Below, in pieces: positions 19,744-29,200 of a stretch of DNA of 64,000 bases. The stretch comes from a bacterium (lineage in GTDB: Bacteria > Babelota > Babeliae > Babelales > RVW-14): positions 1 to 64,000 of the forward strand of contig JBDRBF010000002.1 in NCBI GenBank assembly GCA_043822925.1. Reading direction: 5' to 3'. The notes beneath the pieces are model-generated. The model did not search any database. It was not told the origin of the DNA and saw only the letters and a program-made list of their open reading frames with translations. How positions within the stretch are numbered: position 1 is the first letter of the stretch; every line of letters begins with the position of its first letter. Made by a program: the position numbers and the translations under genes.

Positions 19744-21444
19744 TTAATCAGTCTGTTCTAAACGTGCTATTTGCTTCTTATCAATTTTTCCGGTTGCACT
19801 CATGGGCAGATCTGTTAAGCAAATAAATTTACGCGGGATTTTGTAGGGGGCCAGGTTGTTGTTGCACAGTTTTTTAAGACTGTGTTCCAGGCTTGTTTTT
19901 TGTTCTTCTGTAAAATCTTTTACGGCAACATAGGCAATAGGAACTTGTCCCGTCCCATCTTCTAGTTTTCCGACAACAGCAGCTTTAAAAACAGCTGGGT
20001 GAGACATAAGTATATTTTCTATTTCTTGGGGATAAATATTAAAGCCCTTATGAATAATAAGATCTTTGCTTCTTCCGGTAATATCCAGGAGCCCATTTGT
20101 GTTTATACGGGCCAAGTCTCCGGTGTTTAACCATTTGTCTTGCAGTACTTGAGCTGTTGCTTCAGGTGTTTTATAGTAACCAAGCATAATATTATCACCG
20201 CGAAGCCATAATGTGCCAATAGTGCCAACATCAACTTTTTGTCCGTTATTATCGCGAATTTCACAATCGATATGTGCAAGTGGGCAACCAACAACGGTTG
20301 TATCTTTTTCGTTATTATAAATATTAACTGCAACGACTGGAGATGCTTCGGTCAGCCCATATCCAGCGCAAATTTTTCTGCCATAAATCATGGCGAAACC
20401 TAAACGAATTTTATCTGGAAGCATATCTGCACCAGAAATAAAAAATTTAACATTTTCAAGTGGTGCTGTTTTCATTAAACACAATAAACCATAAAGGGCT
20501 GGAAATCCCAAAAATAATGTTGGTTTATTGGTAAGTCCCTCGAGTATCAGTCGTCGGTCTATTTTTCCGACAATTATAACAGAGCCGCCAGCTAAAATTG
20601 GGAGCCAAATACAGGTGTTTTGTGCAAATACATGAAAAAGTGGCAATACGCAAAAAAAACGTTCATCGCTGCGCAGGCCAAGTTTTATAAAGCGGGCCAT
20701 ACACTGCATCGCATTTGTTATAATATTGCGAGAAGAAAGCATGACGCCTTTTGGTTTGCCGGTTGTTCCTGACGTATAAAGTAATAAACATAATTCGTCA
20801 TATGCTAAGCGCGCTTGTGAGTTAGTTTCGAGTTGCGTTATATATTCGTTAATCGTCTGTTTGGTTATAGGTGTTTGCCAGTCGACATCTTGTTGTGTGA
20901 AAATATGTGTGTTCTCAAGTTTGTAATCTTGAGCTGAGTTTTCCCTGGTTTGCCAGCCCTTCGAAGCCACGTAGGGCGTAGTAGGGTCTAAGTTTTTTTT
21001 AAGTTCTTGAGATGCGAATATTATTTTTGGTTGCGCATCTTGTATGATAAACGCAAGCTCTTTGGCATGTAAATATATATTTAATGGGACAACAACGCTT
21101 CCAAGCATCCAGGCTGCATAATATGCAACGTAAAATTCTAACGAATTCTCAACATACAATAATACATGGTCTCGTGCGGTGACGCCTTGCTCTGTGTATT
21201 TTTTGCTTAATAAAATCGCGCGAAATAACAATTCTGTGTAGGTTACTTTTTTGTCTTGATATATAAGCGCTGTTTTATCTGGATAATGTTTGTATGCATA
21301 GGCAAGAAGATCGCCAACAAAAAAATCTTCACGTGATTCCATGAGCGTCGATTTAATGAGTTCGTAAAGATAGATTTCGTCATAGGTATTAGTGCTTGTA
21401 GTAAGAATTTTATTAAGTTGATCGATCATTTTTAGCTTTGTCAT
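19744..21444 (-). CDS. Long-chain fatty acid-CoA ligase
   Basis: YTSGTTGKPKG, GYGLTE, TGDLA, GRSKDLI. Confidence 0.9.
   Translation of the reverse strand: MTKLKMIDQLNKILTTSTNTYDEIYLYELIKSTLMESREDFFVGDLLAYAYKHYPDKTALIYQDKKVTYTELLFRAILLSKKYTEQGVTARDHVLLYVENSLEFYVAYYAAWMLGSVVVPLNIYLHAKELAFIIQDAQPKIIFASQELKKNLDPTTPYVASKGWQTRENSAQDYKLENTHIFTQQDVDWQTPITKQTINEYITQLETNSQARLAYDELCLLLYTSGTTGKPKGVMLSSRNIITNAMQCMARFIKLGLRSDERFFCVLPLFHVFAQNTCIWLPILAGGSVIIVGKIDRRLILEGLTNKPTLFLGFPALYGLLCLMKTAPLENVKFFISGADMLPDKIRLGFAMIYGRKICAGYGLTEASPVVAVNIYNNEKDTTVVGCPLAHIDCEIRDNNGQKVDVGTIGTLWLRGDNIMLGYYKTPEATAQVLQDKWLNTGDLARINTNGLLDITGRSKDLIIHKGFNIYPQEIENILMSHPAVFKAAVVGKLEDGTGQVPIAYVAVKDFTEEQKTSLEHSLKKLCNNNLAPYKIPRKFICLTDLPMSATGKIDKKQIARLEQTD
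20953..20986 (+). repeat. Hairpin repeat in-frame inside the acyl-CoA ligase
   Basis: ccagcccttcgaagccacgtagggcgtagtaggg, similar to the inner part of 43557-43617; reads PTTPYVASKGW. Confidence 0.7.
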
Positions 21445-21495
21445 CCTGGATTTTGAGCCTTATCTCCCCCCCCCGACTTTATCTGGGGTAGGTTT

Positions 21496-21732
21496 TTATC
21501 CTACTTTTTTAATTTCTTCTTCTTGATCAATAAATTCGATTTCGATTGCACTGACAGGGCACATGAGCGCCGCTTCGATTATCTTATCTTCGTTTTGTGC
21601 TATCGGTGCATTCTTTTTTACCTGAGCAACTTGTTTTATTTCAAAAATGTCAGGAGCGATCATGTGGCAAGAGCCACATGATACGCAACCTGGAACTATT
21701 TTGACATTTTTGATGGTTGGTTTAGCAGCCAT
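21496..21732 (-). CDS. Monocluster ferredoxin
   Basis: CVSCGSC...CPVSAI. Confidence 0.85.
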   Translation of the reverse strand: MAAKPTIKNVKIVPGCVSCGSCHMIAPDIFEIKQVAQVKKNAPIAQNEDKIIEAALMCPVSAIEIEFIDQEEEIKKVG

Positions 21733-21743
21733 TATTTTTTTTT

Positions 21744-21775
21744 GTCATCCTACGAAGCTTTATGCAAAGTAGGAT
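21744..21775. repeat. Short palindromic repeat
   Basis: gtcatcctacgaagctttatgcaaagtaggat. Confidence 0.55.
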
Positions 21776-21783
21776 ACAAATCC

Positions 21784-22497
21784 TTATTTTTTTGGTTTAG
21801 GTTTGTCAGCTGGTTTTTTGCTTGAAGCTGGGGTGAAAATATTCTTGTTGCCTTTTGTAGCTGGTATTTTATCTTCATCTTCGTCATCATCTTCTTCGTC
21901 TTCGCAACCCTCACAACCATCACAGCCGTCGCATTTTTCATCGTCGCAAAGCATGTTTTGGAAGTTTGCCAAGTCTTCGTCGCTGATGTCTTCATCTTCA
22001 TGTTCGCTGAGTAATGCTTCAAGAAACAGTTTAACCTGTTTAGTATCGCCTTCATTGATAGATGCCTTAATATCGCTGACCATTTCAATTAAAGCTTTTT
22101 TTGAAGCGTCATAGTCTTGATTGATTCTCGTTTTGAATTCTTTTGTTTCTGGCAATTCTTCTTCGTCATCAATGATTGCTGCAAGAAGTTCTTTTGCTTT
22201 TTTAGCATCTTTTACTTGTTTGATTTCAGCAAGAGCTTTAACTTGGTCATCCAAGAATTCAATATCACTTTCTACTTCTTCGGTAAACTGTTGAGCATGA
22301 CTGGTAAGCATTTCATGAATTTCTTCTAAGAGTTCTTTTGCATCTGCGCTTTGTGTTTGTTTTATCGTTGAATTAAGAAAAAGAAGCAGTTCAGAAAAAA
22401 TAGCTTGAGTCTCATCTTTTGCTTTATGCTGTGCGTGCAATAAATAATCGGTCTGTTCCATAAGCATTTCTAATCGTGACACGTGAAAACCTTTCAT
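21784..22497 (-). CDS. Acidic helical hypothetical protein with Cys cluster
   Basis: 237-aa ORF containing CDDEKCDGCDGCEGC. Confidence 0.75.
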   Translation of the reverse strand: MKGFHVSRLEMLMEQTDYLLHAQHKAKDETQAIFSELLLFLNSTIKQTQSADAKELLEEIHEMLTSHAQQFTEEVESDIEFLDDQVKALAEIKQVKDAKKAKELLAAIIDDEEELPETKEFKTRINQDYDASKKALIEMVSDIKASINEGDTKQVKLFLEALLSEHEDEDISDEDLANFQNMLCDDEKCDGCDGCEGCEDEEDDDEDEDKIPATKGNKNIFTPASSKKPADKPKPKK

Positions 22498-22655
22498 GTA
22501 ATTTTTCTCTTAGTCATTAATAAAAGAGAATAACGTAATATATGGGACTCAGGAAATACCTGTATGATAATAGCGTACTAGAAAAACGATTTCGCCACAA
22601 GAGGGCCTTGTGATATTGTGCTAAATCAAGAACCCACGTGTTTGTCATAATAGAA

Positions 22656-22678
22656 AAGGCACGTATAAAACGTGCCTT
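22656..22678 (-). terminator. Intrinsic terminator
   Basis: aaggcacgt/acgtgcctt stem with T-run on the minus strand. Confidence 0.6.
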
Positions 22679-22711
22679 CTAAAGTTTATTTGAAAATTTA
22701 TTAAAGTAAGA

Positions 22712-22987
22712 TTATTCGTCTTCTGTGTCTGACATTTCGTCTGTGTCATCAGACATATCTTCTTCATCTGCCATTTCTTCTGTATCGTCTGATACTTTGC
22801 CGACGACTTCATCAGATTCATCAGATACTTTGTCTACTTCTTCAGTTTCTTCGCCCGTTGCTGACATTTCGTCTGTATCATCAGAAACTACGCCGATTTC
22901 TTCTTCTTCATTAGCCAGTACGATTGATGGGGTTACGCTGAAAACGAGAAAACCAGCAAGGGCAGCGATCAAAAGCTTTTTGTTCAT
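22712..22987 (-). CDS. Small secreted hyper-acidic repeat protein
   Basis: Signal peptide, SDDT(D/E)EM repeats, AAGGAG RBS. Confidence 0.8.
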   Translation of the reverse strand: MNKKLLIAALAGFLVFSVTPSIVLANEEEEIGVVSDDTDEMSATGEETEEVDKVSDESDEVVGKVSDDTEEMADEEDMSDDTDEMSDTEDE

Positions 22988-23120
22988 CTTTTCTCCTTAA
23001 AACAACAAGAACATACGTTTTTTGTCGACAAGAATACGATCTAAAACTGATCGTAATTTGTTTTTAGTCTTTTGTCAAAATAAAACAGAGCCTAAAAAAT
23101 ACCCTTTGCAATATTATCAT

Positions 23121-23230
23121 AGAGGCCATGGATTTTGCCACATTGCCCCATGGCCTCTTTGTGTTTGTGTTGCTAATTTATCTTGATTTCTAGAACTTGA
23201 CCAACGCGCCTGCATGCATATTAGATTCGC
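23121..23230. repeat. Direct-repeat copy of the 3' end plus terminator of the 24185-26131 gene
   Basis: Matches 24062-24225 except for a 63-bp insert there, a different terminator loop and a few substitutions. Confidence 0.9.
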
Positions 23231-23236
23231 CCCATT

Positions 23237-24020
23237 ATCCCGGGGTCTCGCAGAGCTCGTGCCCGGGCTACAAAAAGCACAAGGTTACACCTTGTTTATG
23301 GAGTTTTTATATTGCCAGGGCTTGTTGGGTGCCAATTTAAAAATTGGTTTTTATTGCAAAAGCGTTGATCTGTTAGCATATGTTGTATTCGTTCGGGCTT
23401 TGTGTTAGCTTTTGTTTTTGTTCAATAATTTTATATATTTTTTATTTGGTGGCTTATGAGTGATACATATTCAAGCTTATATTTTCACTGTGTTTGGAGT
23501 ACTCAAAATCGATTTCCATCTCTTACTTCACCATTTGATGTTAAAGCGTATGGATTTATTGGAAGCATGGTAAATCGTGAAGGCGGCAAAATTCTTGCTA
23601 TTGGTGGGATGCCAGATCATGTACATCTTCTTTTTTCAATAAAACCGTCAGATTCGGTTGCGCGTATGATGCGTTATGTAAAAGGGGGATCATCAAAGTT
23701 GTTGAAAGATTCACATATAAATATGAAATATTTTGCATGGCAAAAAGGGTATGGGGTTTTTTCGGTAAGCAGGTCAAATATTGATGTGGTTGCTCGATAT
23801 ATTAAAAATCAGGAAATTCATCATAAAGAACGTTCTTCTGAATCTGAATTTGCCATGCTATTAAAATTGCATGACATAAAAATCTAGGCCAAGCTTAGGG
23901 ATTTTCGTATAAATTTGCCGTTTGGTATTTTTTAATAAAATGGCATTAAACAAGCCGTATGGCTTGTGTTTTTTGTAGCCCGGGCACGAGAAGAGCTTTA
24001 GCTCTGCGAGACCCCGGGAT
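23237..24020 (+). mobile_element. REPtron-like unit: Y1 transposase between inverted GTAG hairpins
   Basis: 23237-23283 is the reverse complement of 23963-24020 (the latter has an 11-nt extra loop). Confidence 0.8.
23456..23887 (+). CDS. tnpA: IS200/IS605-family (Y1/HUH) transposase, RAYT-like
   Basis: YFHCVWST, MPDHVHLL (HUH), WQKGYGVFSV, YIKNQ (catalytic Tyr). Confidence 0.92.
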   Translation: MSDTYSSLYFHCVWSTQNRFPSLTSPFDVKAYGFIGSMVNREGGKILAIGGMPDHVHLLFSIKPSDSVARMMRYVKGGSSKLLKDSHINMKYFAWQKGYGVFSVSRSNIDVVARYIKNQEIHHKERSSESEFAMLLKLHDIKI

Positions 24021-24060
24021 TATAATCAACCCCCGCGACCTCGAATTTCCCATTAAATCA

Positions 24061-24092
24061 AAGAGGCCACGGTTTTGCCCCGCGGCCTCTTT
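24061..24092 (-). terminator. Terminator hairpin after the barrel gene
   Basis: aagaggccacgg/ccgcggcctctt stem. Confidence 0.65.
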
Positions 24093-24121
24093 GTGTTTGT
24101 GTTGCTAATTTATCTTGATTT

Positions 24122-24172
24122 GTCATCCCAGACTTCGCGCTCACCCTGAGCTTGTCGAAGGGGCTGGGATCT
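24122..24172 (+). repeat. Nested palindromic repeat
   Basis: gtcatcccagactt[cgcgctcaccctgagcttgtcgaagggg]ctgggatct. Confidence 0.85.
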
Positions 24173-24184
24173 AGGTCAATTGTT

Positions 24185-26131
24185 CTAGAACTTGACCAAC
24201 GCGCCTGCATGCATATCAGATTCGCGAGGCATATTTTGTCCTGCGAATGTGTATGTACCGCCGACATAGAGGTTCATGTATTTATTTGCTTTCCAGTTGC
24301 TTTCAAAGAACACTCTGTGTGCAACAGCTTCTGTGTTTGCTTCTGCAAGTTTGTTGTCTAAAGGCATTTCATAGTCAACAAATTGAGAACCTTTGTTTGT
24401 TAAAGGATCTTTGTTTGTTTTCAAGATAAGTTTTCCAGCTGCATCTGCCCATGCTTTGCCTAAAGCATGATTTGTTGCGAAAGATTTCTTGAAGTTAATT
24501 GTTTCTTCCGTCTTGTAGTAAATTTGATACCCGATTGTTGTTGCAAGGTCTTCAGTCTTTGGATGATAGAATGTTGCATCTATCTTACCAATGAAGTAAC
24601 CCCAATCAACATCTGCATCAACTGATGGACCAAAGTTTTTGATTTTTGATCCTTTGAATACTGCAAGGCGATGTTCTGTATCTTCAAGTACGAAAGAGTA
24701 AGAAGCTTCTGCTTTAAGATTCATCCAATCAAAAGCTGCCCAGCCAATGTTACCACCAAGTTTAATTTCAAAGTGGTTGCTGTTGCCAAGTTGTTGAGTA
24801 AATGGATTGTTGAACATTTTGTCTGAGCCGCCTGTAGGCAAGCGTAGGCCAGCAAAAACTTCGCCGCGCCAGTTGTTATTGAATGTATGTTCGTAGAATG
24901 CATCAAGATCGATATCGCCAAGGCCTGTGCGTTGATTTGTTGCCATAACGAAGCCAGCGTTATCTTTCATGAATTCTTCAACGTTGTATCTGTAAACGTT
25001 TAAGAGATCATCGACGATTTTAATATCACCGTCTTTTGTAGGTCTTGTGTCAGAACCTAAGTGAACAGATGAAAGCCATAATTCATTGAAGTTTGGATCT
25101 TCATTTATTTTTGTATAGTTATGGGCAGCATCGTTGAGAAACACATAACCTTGATTTTGTTCTAGGCTTTCAAAACCAGATGTAGGCAACGCTTTAAGTG
25201 CTCCATAAGGGGCTTTCCAGAGATCAGTTCCACATGCTACAATACCAGCTTGTGCTTCCCATTGTGTAGAATCAGTAACTGGGTTTGGTTTTACCGTGAC
25301 GCCTGTTGGGGCTCCAAATGGAGGGAGTTTTCCAGGTTCTCCTTTTATGACGACCCAACTAATTAAGTTTCCTGTTTCTGCGTTAAGATTATCTCCGGAA
25401 AATTGGAAATCGTGTATTCCTGATCCTTTTACAGCGACGGTTCCATCTGCTAAATAAAGAAGCGGAACTATTTGACCCTGGTCATTAAGGTATAAAGTAT
25501 TGTCGAGCAATTGGAGTTTGTAGCGTGAGATGTTCTCAAATGCTTTAGGGCTTTGATGAGTAGGAGGAGCGACGACAGGATTACCGTCTGTGGCAACCAT
25601 GCGCGTTGCATCGCCCTTGATAATGGCGTTTTGTAGGCCAAGCGCTGCATCTTCGCCGTTATCATCTCTTTCCATACGAACTGTTTTGAATGGTACAGTT
25701 GCTCTTAATCCAACACGGCCCTTGTTATGCCACACAGGATATTCAAAACGGCCACCAAGTGTTGCGCCATATTCAGTGTAGCTGACACGTGGTGCGATTT
25801 TTGTTGTAGCTAAATATGGAGATCTGTTTTCTGTGAAATACTTTATTGGATTTGCATCTTCAAAAGCTTCTGCGAGTGTGAATTCTGATTTGCCAAAAAT
25901 TAAAGATGTCAGGGGGTGTGTGTCTGTGCCGTGTTTTAAGAACGCTTTGTTTGCTGTGCGGTAATGGCCGGTAGAAAACATATCAAAAGTGCATTTGTTT
26001 TTTTTCTTGTACAAGTCATAACGGAGCGGTCCGTCTTTTGAGATGAAAGGAGCTCTTGTTTCACTCGCCATTGCTGCAGAAGATACAGCAAGTACGGTAA
26101 AGAGCGTTGTGCTTAAAATTTTTCTTATCAT
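24185..26131 (-). CDS. Putative outer-membrane beta-barrel protein
   Basis: Signal peptide, amphipathic beta strands, GLGDIDL/GLRLPTG segments, terminal Phe. Confidence 0.7.
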   Translation of the reverse strand: MIRKILSTTLFTVLAVSSAAMASETRAPFISKDGPLRYDLYKKKNKCTFDMFSTGHYRTANKAFLKHGTDTHPLTSLIFGKSEFTLAEAFEDANPIKYFTENRSPYLATTKIAPRVSYTEYGATLGGRFEYPVWHNKGRVGLRATVPFKTVRMERDDNGEDAALGLQNAIIKGDATRMVATDGNPVVAPPTHQSPKAFENISRYKLQLLDNTLYLNDQGQIVPLLYLADGTVAVKGSGIHDFQFSGDNLNAETGNLISWVVIKGEPGKLPPFGAPTGVTVKPNPVTDSTQWEAQAGIVACGTDLWKAPYGALKALPTSGFESLEQNQGYVFLNDAAHNYTKINEDPNFNELWLSSVHLGSDTRPTKDGDIKIVDDLLNVYRYNVEEFMKDNAGFVMATNQRTGLGDIDLDAFYEHTFNNNWRGEVFAGLRLPTGGSDKMFNNPFTQQLGNSNHFEIKLGGNIGWAAFDWMNLKAEASYSFVLEDTEHRLAVFKGSKIKNFGPSVDADVDWGYFIGKIDATFYHPKTEDLATTIGYQIYYKTEETINFKKSFATNHALGKAWADAAGKLILKTNKDPLTNKGSQFVDYEMPLDNKLAEANTEAVAHRVFFESNWKANKYMNLYVGGTYTFAGQNMPRESDMHAGALVKF

Positions 26132-26209
26132 TCTCTTACCTCTCTTGAATTTGAGTTAGGTAAACTCTTGTTATGTACGTGTGTTATTTTTTCACGGGGG
26201 CTTTAGGTG

Positions 26210-26234
26210 AGGGCGTAGCTTAAAACTACGCCCT
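26210..26234 (-). terminator. Intergenic hairpin (partial terminator or mRNA stabiliser)
   Basis: agggcgtag/ctacgccct stem without a long U-tract. Confidence 0.5.
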
Positions 26235-26252
26235 TATAGTTGTTGCGTTTAG

Positions 26253-29200
26253 TTATGCTACTTCCATTGTACCAAATGCTGATGGGTCAATATCCAAGTC
26301 ACTACGTGCAATGGCAGTTCCAACATTAAGAGGGGTTCTGACGGAACCTTCTTTAATGACTGGGCTGTCAAGACGTCTGATGACGTTCATTGTTGCAGGA
26401 TATACAAGAGCGTTAACGTCAGCATTTACAAAGCCGGCAATTACATCAAAGCCTTCTGTTCCCCAACATACTTTTTTACGTGGTTGATCTTTAATTGTTT
26501 TAAATGAAAGCAGATTAAAGAATTGATCAAGAGTTGAGTATGTGAAGACTTTTCCACCATAGTATGCGCCATTATATATGTAGTTTGTTGCGGTGCTCAA
26601 GTCTGCAGCTATTGCTCTGTCAATAATAAGTGCTGCTGATGGAAGTATTGAGTAAGCTTCACCGTTGGCGAGTGCGCCAGCGTAATCCCAAACATTGGCA
26701 TTATAAATTGTGCCAAGGGTTGGAACTTTCATGATGTTACCACCACCACGAACTGTCGTGTATAGTGGGCCGTTTACTTTAACGACGTAGTTGTCTGTGC
26801 CGTTACGTGATGAAGGTCCAACTGCCATTAAAGAACCGTTAGCGCTTGAACCATCTGCAATGTTGTTGTGTTCAAATTGGCCACTCTTAAGATCAAGCGT
26901 TATTTGACCAACGTTATAAAGTGCTTGGATTGTCCAAGGGCTCTTAGCTGCTGTTACTGGAGCATCTACTCCGGTGAACATTGGCAAGCCATCTTCACCA
27001 AGAACTGCTTTACCATCTGCATCAACTACTGGGTTACCAGAAACGTTTACTGTGCCGGCTGCTGTTGCTGCGCCGTTGATCTTGTTGAACTTGTCGATAA
27101 CTCCTGCGCCAAGGCCAAAAAAGCCAAGACGGTCGATGTGGAACTTGCTGTTGATATCGCCAAGGATAAGGCTGAAGTTAACTGCAGCATCTGTGATTTC
27201 TACTGGGTTACCAACTTGGAATGCACCGCCAGATACTGTAGGTGTACCGATGTTAAATGCTGATTCACGTTGTAAGCTGATGGTAACATCTGTTATTGGT
27301 GTTTGTGTATCAGACTGTACGCCAACAAGTACGTTGCCATTAACCATAATTTGGGCATCTTTGTTTGTCCAAATTTGGCCTTTACCAACGATCTTGATAC
27401 GTTCTACGTCTGCTTTGGCTGCTGTCTCGAAAGCTTGAGTTACTGTTTGAGCTTCGCTGCCTTCTTGGAATATTAATTCAGATTCGTCATTGAAGTAAAG
27501 AACGACGCCGCCAACTACGCTTGATGCAGCTGGGAATCTGATTGTTGCGCCTGCTTCAATAACAAGGCTGACCTTGCCACCGAATGCAATTTCTTGTCTG
27601 TTTGTTGCTTGACCAAAGCTTGATAAATCAAGTTCGCCGCCTGCTGGGATAACGATTTTGTGTGGCATATCTGAGCGGAACGTGATTCTGTTTGCTTTTG
27701 TATCAGCGCTGAACATTGTTGAACAGACAATAGCGTTCTTATCTGCGATTATTATATCAGAATTCAAGTCTATGGTTCCATCACCAAGCGGAACTATTTG
27801 GACATGGTCTTGACCCAAGATTGTCCAAGAGTTACCACCTGAGTGTGAGTCCCAATCACGGCTACCAAGGCCAATACGTCCGCCGTATTCAAGGAACAAT
27901 ACTGCGTTATCGCCTTCACCAACAAAGTGATCAGTTGGCATATCGACTTGTCTGGATGCTGAAGTAAATTCACGTACGTGTCCTGGTGCTGGTAATATTT
28001 CATCGCCTGAAATATCAAGTTGGAACTTGTTGGATTGTGTTGCACCAGCAACGCGCATTTGCGCAATATCATCACCGGAACCGATGTACAGAAGTGATGT
28101 TGGTTTTGCGATAGGAGCTGTTATGTTTTGGGTGGCACGTGTTGTTGGGAATGAGAAGCGACGGTCACCTGGAGCAAATTCTCTGTTGTCGCCTGCTCTG
28201 TTGAACCAATTAATAACAACTTCTTCTGCGCCTGTTTGATCAAACTTAGCGGTCAGACCTGTGCGAGTATCGTTATTATTAAAGCTTAAGCGTACATAAC
28301 CATCTGTTTCATCAGATCTGTAAGCTAACATTTCTGGTGTGAAGCCGTATGGTTGTACTGCTGCATTGACCAAGAATTTAACTTGATCTGTTGGAAGGTC
28401 TACGCGGCCAGAGTATTCTACAACTCTATTTGTTCCATCGTAGTTGTAGTCGTTCCATGCTTTTTGAGCGATTATGGTTTCAACGATTGCTGTGTTTGTA
28501 TCCGTGATGGTTATTTTTCCACCATGGTTAACGTACACTTTACCGCTTTCATCCATGCGTTCAATTGGCGTTGCTGTGCAGTTACCATTTCTGTCAAATC
28601 CACTAAAGACCATGTATTTGCCATCAATGATTAAGCGTGCTTGTTTTACCCCTGCAACAGCGTCAAGGTCAAAGCGGTTTGCTGCATCTTCGCTTAAAAC
28701 TTCTTTGATTAACTTGTCGCCATAAAGTGTATTTTCGTATGGATAGCCTTCAGCACTGTCTCCTGAAGTTGTTGGCCAGCCGATTGCGATGTTTGCTGCA
28801 CCTTTTTCCATGGTGGACATCAAGATGAGGTGATGTGCGCGTTGGGCTGCGTACTCTTCGTCTGTAAAGCCATTAGTTGGAAATTGGTTGCCATTTTGTA
28901 ATGACACGTCAATTACGCTGGCGGTAATGCCTACAGCTGGGATGAAGCCATGTTTTCTGAAGATATTAAGATATGAACCTTCAGTTACCCAGTTTGTTGA
29001 ATTATCAGCCATCATGTTTTTGTATGAACCAAACATGAGTGCGCGACCAAAGCCCTTGAAGTCTGTGTCGTTAGTGTTGCCATGGTCAAAGAATTTAATA
29101 ACTGATTGGTTACCTGGACTTACTTCAGGCGTAACAGCAACAGCTCCGGTGATGTCGCGAACGACAAAACGGATACCGGAGGTGTTAAGTGATTCTTGAA

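Noticed and set aside
23214-23408. 64-aa ORF upstream of tnpA
   Set aside because: Composed of duplicated gene end and REP hairpin sequence.
23121-24225. Duplicated gene end as a diversity-generating retroelement TR/VR pair
   Set aside because: No reverse transcriptase in the window, only one coding difference, and the repeat includes the terminator.
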